From Phoronis australis (taxonomy: Eukaryota; Animalia; Phoronida): 64,000 bases of DNA. Where the stretch lies: NCBI GenBank assembly GCA_002633005.1, contig NMRA01000080.1, positions 401,291 through 465,290 of the forward strand, read 5' to 3'. Shown one piece after another: positions 12,408-24,892 of the stretch. The notes beneath the pieces were generated by a model. That model was not told the origin of the DNA, made no database searches, and saw only the letters and a list, made by a program, of their open reading frames with translations. Made by a program: the position numbers and the translations under genes. The first letter of the stretch is position 1, and each line of letters opens with the position of its first letter.

Positions 12408-13846
12408 CAGGGTGCCACTCGCCAATGTCAATGGCAATCCCGGGCATTGGCAATGGCATTAGCAATGCGAGTAAAAATGGTGCTGGGCGAGTAGAAGATG
12501 ACTTGCCGGTCGCCCAGGTGGCGAACGAATTTTCAGAGTGCGAAAGCACTATATCGTTTCCCAGATGAACATGAATAAATTATCTTGTCCTGTTTTTATT
12601 ATGAATTTAAGGTTCAGTTTGGTCAGTGTGTCCTAGGCAATGACCATCGCCTCTGTTGGCCCGAACCAGAGGCGATGTAGAGGCTATAGGCGCTCTGTAC
12701 GCTGGAAGCTTTTCGGCGAATTATGCCTCGCACCGACTAAACCATCAAAGCCACGTTGTTATAACTACCTTTTGCGCATAGACGAACACCTTAGGAGGTT
12801 GTCGATGTGTTTAAGTTCTTCCAACTCGAACAAATACTCCCGTTATGAAACTTTTTCTTCGAGCAGTCCCTATTTCAGTTCCCAAAATTGTGTAATCAAC
12901 TTTTTCACTTTTTTAACCAGGCCGAAGGTCAGAAGTTGCGGAACTACCGGCGAACTTTGAAAGCTGAAGTTCCCGCCCTTCGCGTACGTGCTGCCGGGAA
13001 CCAGCCGTGCATTTCAGTGCCGTGTTGTTAAACATTAAAATGTCAAATATGTGCACAAAGACTATTAAATGTCATATCAACAGCATTTATTTTTATCAAA
13101 TACAAACAATGATTCATTGAAATACAATCAGTTTCAAGTAACGCCAATTAAAGACAAGTATAAGTGGTGGCATTTTGGAAACGAACATTTGACTGACAAG
13201 ACCGCAATGGCTCACCTTTGGCCTATTTAAAGATTGAGGTCATGAATTGGAGCGTGCGCAGTATAAAAATGGTGAGTTCACGATTTTGGGAACTGAAATA
13301 GGGACTGCTCGAAGAAAAAGTTTCATAACGGGAGTATTTGTTCGAGTTGGAAGGAATTAATCACATCGACAACCTCCTAAGGTGTTCCTCTATGCGCAAA
13401 AGGTATTTATAACAACGTGACTTTGATGGTTTAGTCGGTGCGAGGCATAATTCGCCGAAAAGCTTCCGGCGTACAGAGCGCCTATAGCCTCTACATCGCC
13501 TCTGGTTCGGGCCAACAGAGGCGATGGTCATTGCCTAAGTGTGTCCATGCTCCGGCAGTAAAAAACATTGGCACAGTGCGATCCTAGCGATTCAGTAGAT
13601 GTCACCCGTTATGCGATTTGTCTAGACAAAAGATCACAGTGTGTGGTTGTGCACAAAGTAATTTGTGGACTAGTCCGAAACGAAGAAAAATGGGGAAAGG
13701 CGGAAGACCGGTCCATGTGCTCAGAGCAAGCGAAATACTATATTTCTTGGAACTGATTTATTTCTGAACTTCAGGCTGGGCGAGTACATTTTCTGGCTCA
13801 CTCGCCCAGCTGACGAGCAGGGTTTTGAAACCTGGGTATATCCCTG
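12408..13846. mobile_element. Non-autonomous hAT-like element with CAGGG..CCCTG ends and a 6-bp TSD (GATGTG), in JmjC intron 1
   Basis: GATGTG at 12402-12407 and at 13847-13852. Subterminal GGGCGAGT/CTCGCC motifs at both ends. Confidence 0.6.
12634..13537. mobile_element. Young foldback/MULE-like element with ~270-bp TIRs and a perfect 9-bp TSD
   Basis: TAGGCAATGACCATCGCCTCTGTTGG... at 12634, with its near-perfect reverse complement ending at 13537. AGTGTGTCC at 12625-12633 and at 13538-13546. Confidence 0.9.
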
Positions 13847-14090
13847 GATGTGACACCTACCGCGTTTCCTCACTATATATAAAGTTCATTGTTCAAATTC
13901 TCCAACTCAAGCTATCACTACAGTTTGAGGCTGCCACATTAGAAAGAAGTCACAATTCCTGGAATGTTTGTTCAAGATGGAAGGGTTTAAAGACATCAGT
14001 GACCTCTGCAAGGGTCCCATTGTGCTCGGAAGGTACATCAATGTGGCTGATGTTTTAGCGTGTGTGAGGAATAATCTGACTTACATAAGC

Positions 14091-14172
14091 TATTGGGATA
14101 TATATTGGGATATATATTGGGATATATATTGGGATATATATTGGGATATATATTGGGATATATATTGGGATA
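14091..14172. repeat. 12-bp minisatellite (TATTGGGATATA), about 7 copies
   Basis: Perfect tandem copies are directly visible. Confidence 0.95.
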
Positions 14173-14299
14173 CGTATTCACCTTAAAGCACAATGCTTGT
14201 TCCTCTAATCCACCGTCCTATTGCTAATAATTCATTCATAAATAAAGTTCTAGTGTTCAGAATACTAGTAACCTCCACATTTTCGTGCTGTCTGTATAG

Positions 14300-14433
14300 G
14301 AGTTCCCGTCATTATACAAGGTGCCACACAAGACTGGCCAGCAGTGAGGAACTGGAATTTGGACTATCTGTGCCAGAAATGTAGTGACAACATAGTATAT
14401 GTGAGAGGAAATACAAACTGTGAAGATTATCGG
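14300..14433 (+). CDS. JmjC oxygenase, exon 2 (GVPVIIQGATQDWPAVRNWNLDYLCQKCSDNIVYVRGNTNCEDYR)
   Basis: Acceptor TATAG| and donor |GTATGT. Phase matches exon 1. Contains the classic PVII.G...WPA...W..DYL motif. Confidence 0.92.
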
Positions 14434-14625
14434 GTATGTATGCATGGTCTTAACGTCTGGAAATTCGTTCTTAATGGAGTGAATGGAGTTAATCTATGAT
14501 GGTTCCCGTGCACTCCATACAAAATGTTCAGAATTTTATGGGAACTCCTAAACTAGGTTTATTTATGACCCTAGAAAAATGTCCAATTGGGCTAACTTCG
14601 AAACATCGTAACCCAGAAATGATTG

Positions 14626-17093
14626 AAGGGCTCGATGCTATTAAAATCGCCAGGTCGCATTTTGCGACCTAGCCAGAATCCCAGGTCGCATTTCCAAAAT
14701 CCAGCTCACATTCATAAATACCAGGTCGCAAAATTTCCCGACATTTTTACGCGCCAAAATTGATTTTAGATCATCGAGAAAATGTTTAGATTATGCTCTT
14801 TCCTGCCGCGTTAAATATTCACAAATTTCAGATCCCAAAACTGACTTCGTTTATGCAGGTACGGCGTTACTGTTCTTCACGACCGCCAGAGCGCAAGTCA
14901 AGTTCCCGACGTGAAAGTTGAATTAGTGCTCTCTAACTGACACGTGCATTCGAGTAGCTAAGTTTGCCATTTGAAAAGGGAGAAAATGCCCGTTGAAAAA
15001 GTATCCGGGATTTTGCTGGGTCTGACCTGCTACTGTCTGTCATCAAAGTCGTTAAAGATTCAAACTAACGCCGAGGGTAAATTCCCGCATTTTGTTCGAA
15101 GCCCAAATTTGCAACTTAACTCATGTTTGAAAAACGTCTGTCGAAAAAAATCCGTGAAACGATGCTTTAACCGAATAAACAATTCAGTGCAAATTTCACA
15201 ACAAAAATGTGGTACTTATGCTGTTTACGTACTCAACAATTAGTTTTCCATGAAGTAAATAGCCTCCAAATAATTACCGACTCCCTCTGTGCGAGTTTCC
15301 ATCTGGTAATGGCAAGTTTGCTCAATAACTTCCAGGTACGGGGAAAAATAGGTCAGTCACAAAACGACAGGCATGTCACTAGTGTTAACTTTCTTTCGGA
15401 GGTATAAAACAAAGCCGGGATTTGGTTTTTACATATTGAGAAAAGACGTTTTTTGAAAACGAAATTTGTTGTATAAAATGAGAGTGACACGCCATATAGA
15501 CAGCGAGTCAATTTTAAACCACGCACGGTCGTTTGTAGTGCGATATGATGGGCGCTAGCCTAAACTGTGGGCGCTTAATTGGAAATTCTCAAAAGTTGAG
15601 TGGGAACGCTTAGTAGATCAGTGAGCGCTTATTGTGAAACACTTCAAAGGTAGGGAGTAGGCTTGTGCGTTGGCATAGTCGTTAACCCGAGTGTTTGCGG
15701 TAATAAGATATTAAAAGATTACAATGGTAAGAAACGTTATAATGATACGATTTTGCGAGGCAAACTCCATCTAGTAGGGGTGACTTTCTGCATATCGTTA
15801 CCACCTACACTGTACCCTTTTTAGCCACCCGGAATAATTTTGTTCTTAATTGCCCGCTTCAGCTGGAACATGATTGTTTCTATTGGAGTCTGAACATTTT
15901 TACGGCGGCGATGGTCCAGGGAACGGAAAGTTGCCGGGGAGGGAGGGGGAGCTGTATGAAGTGAAGAATAAAAAGTTCGCTAACCACAATTTCACATCTA
16001 GTACCCGTTTAGTTGCAATAGCTGGCTGCGGGCATAGAATATAGGGTTTAGAGAACATCGACCTCGAGAAACATCGGAACTGGAAAATATCAGTTCTGGG
16101 TTACATCCGTCCTGGGGAATACCGTAAAGCATCAGGTCTTTTATAACCGCCGGAAATCTATTAGTTGATTTTCAAATAAACCATTGGCACCCGGGTGCTT
16201 AACAGAGCCAAGCCGATATACTCTTTCATTTAGGACTGCCGCTGTTCTCCTTTGATGTGCAGCTTTGAAACGGTGCGCACGCGTGAGTTCACGCACTTGA
16301 ATTGCTGGAATAGGCCTACACTTTACGTTGGCAACTACGTGTGAAAGACAAATCATATTTCGCTCAAGTAGCCCCAGAAACTAGTAATGGGGTTTGAGAA
16401 TTTCTTGGCAACTGAAAGTAAAGATGTGATCGTCGTTTGGGTATTAATAGGTTGTCATTTTCACTTTGGCTGTCTTATGGGATAAAAACGAGGTGCACAT
16501 TATCTAATATGAGTCACGATTGTCTTGCCGGGACCGCTTGCATGCTAAAAACGGGACTGACCAGTGCCGCAGTGCGATGAGGGATATTGTCGTGGATATT
16601 TGGTAAATGTAATAAGGACATCTTAAGCGAAAAACAAACATATTTGTCCACCACATAGTTTGATAAGTGGATCGCTTAAGAATTAATAGAAACACTGCTG
16701 TTTTGTGAGGTTTTACCACGTGTTATGTGGCCCGAAACTTTCTTCGGCAAATCCGGAAATTTGCAAAAGTGGCCAAAAATGTTAGCCAATGAAACGCGTC
16801 AAAGATCGATTCTGCATATCCCACTTGCTTACAAGTCATCGGGAGGGCTGTTCTCAGTTAGTGGTCTTTTGAACTTGGATTTGGCAACAACCAAGTAATG
16901 GTCGGATTAACAATAGTTACTTTATATTTGCCAGGTGTCTCTAGTAGTCCCGAGAAGTGTAAAAACTCAGCTCGCATTCGTTGGAAATTCCAGGTCGCAT
17001 TTTGCGACTTGATACGAGCTGACAAAAATCTCAGCTCGCATTTCCAAATTTCAGGTCGCAAATGCAACCTGCAGCTCGTTATGTCGAGCCCTG
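14626..17093. mobile_element. ~2.5-kb non-autonomous hAT-like element in JmjC intron 2
   Basis: Ends AGGGCTCGA and TCGAGCCCTG. GATTG(A) on both flanks (14621 and 17094). Clustered subterminal AGGTCGCA(T/A)TT motifs at both ends. Confidence 0.65.
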
Positions 17094-17802
17094 GATTGAA
17101 TCGATTCATATGAAAGTTACTCATACTATGCTTTTTGCACTGATCTCCAAAGTGCTTTTAGGAATTGTTTTAAAATGTTAACTTTGCATGGGAGGCAATC
17201 AAAAAAGGTCTATTATGATGCATATGGTGAAAAAACTCAAATTTAAAGTTGAAAAAAATGAAATTATAATTTAGAAAACTTTTTCAGTGTTTCTGAGATC
17301 TTGTGCACTGACCAATGCCAGTTTATAGATCTGACCTCTAATCATTCACCACGAATACCAATTTTTAGTCATTCAATGACATGGAGATGTCACGTAGTTG
17401 CTAGTCAACTCTTGTGTGACTGCAGTGCTGAGAACTTAATTGTGAAAAAACCTATTAATTTTTTAAATGTGACTTGAACCGCTTTCCACCACAAAACTGT
17501 TTTTGATTTAGACAGTCTACCATGATGAAATCGCTCTCATATTGTTCCTTTGTCAAAAAAGATGTATTCTAAAAGAAATGGCCAGTCTCTACAAGTTAAC
17601 TTGTTATGATGTGTCACTTTGCTCACCAAGCGTGGTCTCTCACAATGTAACGAAGTGTAAATTCTTTACATGACGGAAGGTCATTTCTCGTGTAATTCAG
17701 GAACAAGTTGAGATCAATTCTATAGCAGTGAGAGGTCTAAATCAAAAAGTTGATTCTTCAATGGAATAGAGCGTTGTAGCCTCTTTTCTGATTCTGTTCC
17801 AG

Positions 17803-17934
17803 GCAGGAAGAAAGTATTGTATACGCAAGACGACTCTTGGCCAGTATATTGCAGACTTAAAGGCTGGCAACAAAAAAGCTCAGAATTCTTACCTGGCGGT
17901 TCAGAATATGAAACAGACTTTTCCTCAGCTACAG
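17803..17934 (+). CDS. JmjC oxygenase, exon 3 (AGRKYCIRKTTLGQYIADLKAGNKKAQNSYLAVQNMKQTFPQLQ)
   Basis: Acceptor TTCCAG| and donor |GTAATT, phase 0-0. Contains the YLA..N....FP.L motif. Confidence 0.9.
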
Positions 17935-18546
17935 GTAATTGTTGTGATTTTATTCCTATTTGAGTGAGATTCAAACCTACACTCTCCAAGATTAGAGTTA
18001 CGCACATTGATCAATTGTGCTGCGCTCACGTGACCAGTGCCAGAAGTAGACGATTGTTAAATGTAAATCAGTTGCTCTTCCAAGGGCATTGAAACTCAGA
18101 ACACTATCTTGTTGTAGTGTCTGGACAGTGAGACACCTGAAGACAATATTTGGAAGTTGCATTACAAAACTGTCATAAGCCTGTTTAACACTCAATAAAA
18201 TTATATAACAAGCATATACACATCACCCATGGCAGTTAATACAATCTATGAGTATTGAATTTACAAATAATAACAAAATAAAAGTTGACTCTACTTTCAC
18301 TCACGTTCAGAGATATGGGAGAACATTTAACGTAAAAACATTTAATGTGAATTTATTATTCGTTCGCTCTCCATGTTCTCAGTGTCATTCATACATCATC
18401 AGGTTTGGAAAAGTACCAGCGTTTCTGTTATTAAATTACAAACTTTCTATTTTCTTCATCGTATTTAATCTGTCATCAGTTTGGCTTTTCCTCTGATCTG
18501 CATTGTTGAGTGAAAGCAATCAAATCACCCAGTTCATTTGTTTCAG

Positions 18547-18625
18547 AATGACGTTCCCCTCCCTGAGTATGTTGGCAAAGTTCACATGGGACCTTACTTG
18601 TGGATTGCTCTCAAGGGACATTACG
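18547..18625 (+). CDS. JmjC oxygenase, exon 4 (NDVPLPEYVGKVHMGPYLWIALKGHY)
   Basis: Acceptor TTTCAG| and donor G|GTATGG. Contains D...P.Y and LWI..G motifs. Confidence 0.9.
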
Positions 18626-18949
18626 GTATGGGCAATGTACAAAGAATTTGGCTTCATAACGGTTTGTTGAGGTTAACGGTCTCTAAATGATGACAGAAAC
18701 ATAACTTAAGTTAAATTACATGTCTAAAATAATGAGAAATTACTCTTCTTTGTGACAAGAGTTGTAAAAAAAAATAATAATAAATATTGTAGGACTGCAC
18801 GTCGCTTTTCTAGCTTTCTCATTGGTCTCTTGTTATCACGTGCCCTGAGTTTGATCAGCTCTTGGCTTTCAAAGGCTGATGATTGTCACGTGTCCTTAGG
18901 CATTCTCTTTGTTATTGTAATCTTGTGTTTCAGTTCACCTTTGTTACGG

Positions 18950-20880
18950 CCACATTGACGTACGTTCTAAACTTGTATATTTTTCCCACCCCCTGCCATC
19001 CCCGTTTCGTAATTTTTTGTACCTCCACTTGGCTGGTGCTTTTTTATTGCCCATGTTACCAGAGGTTATCATTTTTTATGTGCCCACGTATTTATATGTG
19101 ACACTGACGACAGAGGACGACAAATTTTGGACCTCTCTGACTACCGTTGTGCCCCCTATTGGCAATTTTAGTTTTTTACGCTTGCCTCTGTATCTTCGGA
19201 GGTCCTCAACGGATTTTCATAAAATTTGGCAGTTAGACATCTATTAGTGAGATGATGCTATCCTTTTATTTTCGGACGGATTCGAGGTACTTTGTGCCAC
19301 CTAGTGGCCATTTTTACTATTTTCTAGTCTGTTTTTTGACATCCGCCCTTTTATCAACCAAACTTCTCTAGGGATGATTTTGAAAATTGGCATATATGTT
19401 CTTACTTTGAAGAGGACATCTGATGATGATTTTTCGACTACTTCGACTACTGTGGCGCCTCCTATCGGCAGTTTTATTTATTTGTGTGCCCATGGCTGTA
19501 TCTCCAAAACACTCTTCAGGATCTTTATTGAATTTTGCTGTTGTATTTATATTAAGTTGACAACAGAAGACAACGAATTTTGGACGGAATGGACTACCGT
19601 TGTGCCCTCTAGTGGCAATTTTAGTTTTTTACATTTACCTCTGTATCTTCAAAGGTCATCAATGGATTTTCATAAAATTTGGCAGATGGGTATTAGTGAG
19701 GTGACACTATCATCCGGTTGTCAGTTGAATTTAAGGCATTTTGTGCCACCTAGTGGCCATTTTTACTGTTTTCATGTCTCTTTATAATGTTATCATGTGC
19801 TAAAACAGATAAAAACAGTTTGAAAGTTTATAGAATTACTTACACCAAGGCTATGGTAAAGATATGCATATGGTGAAAATCTCCATTAAATTCTGAACAA
19901 CTTTCGTGCAAACTACTTTTATGTGAAGTTGACATTACCCCTTCAAATTTCCAATTTAAAAATGTTAGGTCATTAATCTGAGTGACCTTCATAACAGCCC
20001 ATTGCACAGCAGCAGTGGTGACCTACTTAGCTCAGCACACAGGGACAGTTGTCTGAATAGAGGCTTAGCAGGATAAGGGCTAAGGATGATTGTGGAAATT
20101 AGCATGTATGTTCCTAATGCGAAGAGGAGGGCTGATGATGATTTCCGAGGACCTGGACTGCTGTGGCACTGCCTAGTGGCAGTTTTTTTTACACCCGTCC
20201 CATGGCTGTATCTCCTAAACTATCTGCAGAATCTTTATTAGATATAACAAGTGTATTTATATGAACTTGACAACAAACGACGACATCACCTTTCGGATGG
20301 ATCGGACTTCTGGTGTGCCCCCCCCCCCAGTGGCAATTTTAGTTTTTTAGTTTCACCTCAGTCTTTATCTTCAAAGGTCCTCAATGGGTTTTAATAAAGT
20401 TTGCCAAATAGGCATCTTTTAGTGAACTGACGCTATCCTTCGGTTTTCAGTTTGATTTGTGGTATTTTGCACCACCTAGTGGCCATTTTTACTGTTTTCG
20501 AGTTTTGTTATTTGGCGTCTGCCTCTCTGTCAACCAAGCCACTCTCTAAGGATGGTTCTGAAAATTGGCATGTATTTTCCTAAAGTGAAGAGGAAGTCTA
20601 ACGACGATTTTCTGACAACTTCATATACTGTGGCGCCTCTTAGCGGCAGTTACGTTTTTTTCGCCTATAGCCTCCTAGTTTTCCTTGGTTTCTCAGAAAT
20701 GCCTTCGTTGACGGATTTTTATGAAATTTGGTAAATAGCTTTCATGACACATAACAGGTTTCGGATGGATTCGACGTATTTTACATCATCTAGTGGCCAT
20801 TTTTATGCTCCAAATAAACACCCCTAGAAGCACACCATTTGCGGTGCATTCGTGGCCACATTTCAATGCTCCGCGTTGCT
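18950..20880. repeat. Degenerate tandem array, ~150-bp units in a 3-unit higher-order repeat, each unit with a GCCACCTAGTGGC-type motif; JmjC intron 4
   Basis: Motif variants near 19151, 19296, 19457, 19604, 19745, 20168, 20320, 20471, 20635 and 20786. Flanking AAATTTGG/AAATTGGCAT blocks also recur. Confidence 0.8.
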
Positions 20881-20946
20881 CTTGTTATTTTACTTATTCG
20901 ATTTTCGTTGAAATACAGCTTTAATTGCTTTGTTTGTTGATTACAG

Positions 20947-21169
20947 AATTCTGTCATTTTGACCCAGACGACAACATGTTGATTCCTATCCAGGGCCGTA
21001 AGGAAGTTCGTCTGTTTGGCTGTGACTTAGAGTCCATGTATCCAAATGCCCTTGGGTCAAAAGGACGTACCATTCAGTCGCCAGTGGACTGGGATAATCC
21101 CGACTTGAAAAGATACCCAAACTTTGAAAATACAACATGTTACCATGGAATTGTTGAACCTGGTGACAT
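20947..21169 (+). CDS. JmjC oxygenase, exon 5 (EFCHFDPDDNMLIPIQGRKEVRLF...PDLKRYPNF...VEPGD), carrying the HxD Fe ligands
   Basis: Acceptor TTACAG| and donor AT|GTAAGT. Contains HFD, the 2OG-binding Lys of GRK, and PD..RYP.F. Confidence 0.95.
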
Positions 21170-21967
21170 GTAAGTTGTTCACATTACACGTAAATTGCAG
21201 TAACTACAAATCTCTGCAAGTCAGACTACTCGCAATTATGAAGTTGTTCTTGAATTGTTCCATAGTCAATTTAGAGTGCTGGTGATTTCTGAGCTCGTAA
21301 AGCAGTTACATATTGTTATTGCACAGGTTCTACAAGTTGACATGACAGCTCATTTAATGCACTGGGCATGGTCTCGAGCAGTAACGATGAACTGTAATTC
21401 CTTGTCCAGGCCAAGAAGCCATTAATTCCCATCTGAGTATAAGGAATATTATGTGATCAGTTTTAAATCTGTTGTTAGTGGTCTAAATCTGAAGTGGGTT
21501 TCTAAGATGAAACAACGGAATAGATCTCTTTAATAATTAAGATCAAGTTTTGAACAAATTCAGTTAATATCATATAGGTAAGGTCTTTTCTAAGCTGTGC
21601 CATGTGGTTAAAAGTATACTATGATGAATTCTCCCCAATTTCTCACCAAAATTGAGGTTGTTTCCTTGTTCAAAGGCTTCTAACATTTTTGTGGATACTG
21701 ACAATTTCTCAAAACTGAGAAAACATTTGTGTGGTGTTAATTAGCTTTTACAAAGAAATAAGATTCTCTTATGTGCCTTATATCTCCACTTGGTCACTTA
21801 AGTCTTTGAAACAGGATTATGATCTGTTACCATAGTCAACCCTCAAGGTGTTGAGAGCAAATCTGAAAATTCTTTACACTGCTAAATCATGACGGTTTTG
21901 TCTAGTGAATGGTTGGCTGTAGTGAAACGCTAGCCATCTCATCACTGGATTCAGAGAAATTACTTTA

Positions 21968-22537
21968 GGGCTGTTCCAGTAAAATCTGTTTGGGAGGGGG
22001 GGAAGGCACCTTTTTTTCGCACCCACCACCCATATTTTTCATTTATTTCTTCAGCCAACCACCCGTAATTTTTTATAAGTTTGAAATGCAACCACCCGTA
22101 ATTTTTTTTTGTTCTTGTGGTTGACTGCACAGGCGCTTGAGTTTATCTGTTCCTCCATCACTACTAACGTCATTCATTACTAAGAAAAGATATGTTTCTT
22201 ATATATGGTTATTAGCCATCAAGAAATTCGAGCACCTGTGGTTAAATGGTGTTATGGGCATGCCGATGAGGAGATCGGAGGTAGTGAAAAAGTCGGAGCT
22301 TTTTTCAAGTTGCATTTTTGTTTCAGTTTTTGATTCTGTGCAGATTGTTTATAAAATTTACTAAAATTACCCACCATCAAACATTTATGGCCCAATGAAA
22401 CAACAACGACCTGTAAATTTTTATTTTTTTGAAGTACGACCACCAGCCATTTTGAATTTAAGTCAAACGCAACCACCCATAAATTTTTATTTCAGTTGCC
22501 TCCCCCCCCTCCCACACAGATTTTGCTGGAACAGCCC
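21968..22537. mobile_element. PIF/Harbinger-type (Tourist-like) MITE
   Basis: ~40-bp TIR (GGGCTGTTCCAGTAAAATCTG... / ...CAGATTTTGCTGGAACAGCCC) with TTA on both flanks. Confidence 0.8.
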
Positions 22538-23069
22538 TTAGCATAGTAATGGTTTTAGTTCTCAAGTTTTAACACAATGGCATGTAAAAAATCAATTTTG
22601 GGTAAAATTGTCAAACCAGGATTTAATATTCTTTTATTATAGATATATCTGTCCCATTGTGAGTGTTATGTACAAGCTCAGTTTTTGATATGTGCAGTTG
22701 AAAAAGTGAGAGTTCAAACCAAGGCAAGCATGTAAAATAAAGTACACTGACCTCACTGATGCAAAATGTCAGAAATAGCTCACAGTTTCTTATATTTGGC
22801 ATCCAAATGAAAGGGTTCATATCACAATCCCGTGGCGCATGTTTCTAATGTCATTGGCATGGCTATTTTGCAGGCATGTGTCTTTGTCATTTTTACTGTT
22901 TGTATCGTCCAGCTTTTTTTGTAGCATTAATTTACTTTCAATATTCACTAGGTGGCGCTAATGAACAAAGAGATGCTGAGAGCAGACTAGCGCCACCTAT
23001 TGAATTCTAGTCACCAATTATTATGACATGCATTATGTTTTCTAAACACTCATATTGCTTTTCTTGCAG

Positions 23070-23181
23070 TCTGTATTTCCCAGCATTTTGGTGGCACCAG
23101 GTCACCTCACTCGACAACTGTATATCAATAAACATATTTTTTGGAGATGAAGGGCAGAATAAATATCTAACCAAAATTATG
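23070..23181 (+). CDS. JmjC oxygenase, exon 6 (ILYFPAFWWHQVTSLDNCISINIFFGDEGQNKYLTKIM), carrying the distal His ligand
   Basis: Acceptor TTGCAG| and donor |GTAAGT. Contains the JmjC signature LY.P..WWHQV.S....IS.N.F. Confidence 0.95.
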
Positions 23182-23335
23182 GTAAGTTTTAGGATGGTGT
23201 ATCTGACCTTGGTAAAACCTTTTGCTCCTTTTTTCTTGAAAAGTGGTGAATGCTTAATTGTCTTTTTCGAAAAAAGTGTTTAAATGCTTTGGAGAGCTTC
23301 ATTTTTTCTATCCTGATGTCAGATAGTTTAGTTAA

Positions 23336-24118
23336 AGAGGCATGGAACGTGAAAGGTCTTCAAAAATATCTTTCAAAAAAATTCCTGACGAAAGCACCAT
23401 CTCGCAACATCGAATAAAGAGTAATTCACTTTCCCCTGTGAGGAAGTTTTCAGAAAAAACACAAATGTACACATAAAGGCAAAACTCTGTGGTTAAAACA
23501 GAGTTTCTAATATCCCTCCAACTTATTATAAATGCACGCATGCACTCACAGTCAGTTGCTTGAAGTTGCCTGTAGTGAAAGGTAACATTTTCCATATTTT
23601 ATTAGGGAAATGTTCTACGTCTATGTCTTGCCATACCAAATGAGGAGGCAGTGTGGCCTGGTTGATAAGTGCCCGCTTTCTTTACTCGAGGTCGTGGGTT
23701 CAAGTCCCACCAGGTCACACTGCTAAACCCTTGAGCCAGGTTTCTAGTTCCTCAGCTCGGTTTTAACCATATATCAATAAAGCATAAAAATATTTCCAGG
23801 TGATCTGTGCAATGGGCCCACATGCGAGGCCTGCGCACGTCTGATACAACGTGTATCAGACCGCCTGCAATTATTTTTTTTCAATTACCAAATAAGGAGA
23901 CATGTTTTGCCTTGTGGGAAAAAATCGACTAAGTGGCAAGCAGTTGACAGGTCTTCTTTTTGAACTTAGAAACTAAAAGAAAATGCTTTGTTATCAACAG
24001 ATTGACATTGAAAATCTTTATGAGCAAACACTAAAAATATCAGGTTTAATTTTGTTTCAGTGCCAGAGAACCACTTTCAATATTGCAATTTAGCCTGTAT
24101 ATCGTGTTCCAGGCCTCT
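23336..24118. mobile_element. Non-autonomous Kolobok-type element (TTAA TSD) in JmjC intron 6
   Basis: TTAA|AGAGGCATGGAACGTGA at 23332 and ATCGTGTTCCAGGCCTCT|TTAA ending at 24122. Confidence 0.75.
23648..23885 (+). mobile_element. tRNA-derived SINE with a ~14-bp TSD, nested in the Kolobok-type element
   Basis: A-box-like TGGCCTGGTTGA, B box GGTTCAAGTCC and an AT-rich tail. TSD TACCAAATGAGGAG (23634-23647) and TACCAAATAAGGAG (23886-23899). Confidence 0.8.
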
Positions 24119-24671
24119 TTAAAGTTGAACCTACCAAACTGATTGGTATTGTAATGGTGTAATATAAATAAGTGGATTTGCCACCCTTAATGAAGAGAAT
24201 GACCCCTGTCAGATAGTGGTGATATCCTTTCTGCACTGCTTCCGCCATAATGTGACCAGAAAAAGAACAACTTAGGGGACCATTTTCTGTTGCTGCAGCA
24301 CCCCAGTTACTGAATTGTGTTCCGCAGATGCAAGAAACTAAATTGAAAACATAAGATCACGCAAGATATCACCATGCATTACAAACAAACGTGATCACCC
24401 TACCTTTTCTAGCAAGTATCTTGGGTCTACAGAATGCAGCCCAAATTACAACTGGGTCTTTCAAAAGGTGGTGCTATATTTAGCATTTACCAAAGGTGTC
24501 TTATGTTTGGCTGTAAGCTGACCATAAGCCTGTGCTCAATGTCACCTTGTTTTGTTTCGATACAAATTTCAAAGTATTTCAAATGATTTTCGCATGTTTA
24601 AAATTGTCCACCATAGCTTCAAACAAAACAAAGACAATTTCAATGAAACTTTACTGTATGTCCACTTTTAG

Positions 24672-24892
24672 GAGCCACCGCAGTGGCCAGCCTTCTCATA
24701 CTGGTTACTCAACATCATTGAGCAGAACCTTGGCACTGCATCCTTCCAGCGCACTTTGTCGCGTCTCCCTGAGGTCATAGCATTCTTCCTTCTCAAGCAG
24801 TGGCATGAGGTCCCCAGTGAAGACCAGTTACAGAGACTAGTGCAGTTGGTGCTGGATTACTGCAAGTTGGACGAGTTACCTCAACCGGAAGG
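24672..24892 (+). CDS. JmjC oxygenase, exon 7 (EPPQWPAFSYWLLNIIEQN...LLKQWHEVPSEDQLQRLVQLVLDYCKLDELPQPEG)
   Basis: Acceptor TTTTAG| and donor GG|GTATGT. Open 221-nt frame, in phase with exons 6 and 8. Confidence 0.85.

Noticed and set aside
13968-14186. ORF with a YWDI repeat
   Set aside because: It is the translation of a 12-bp intronic minisatellite.
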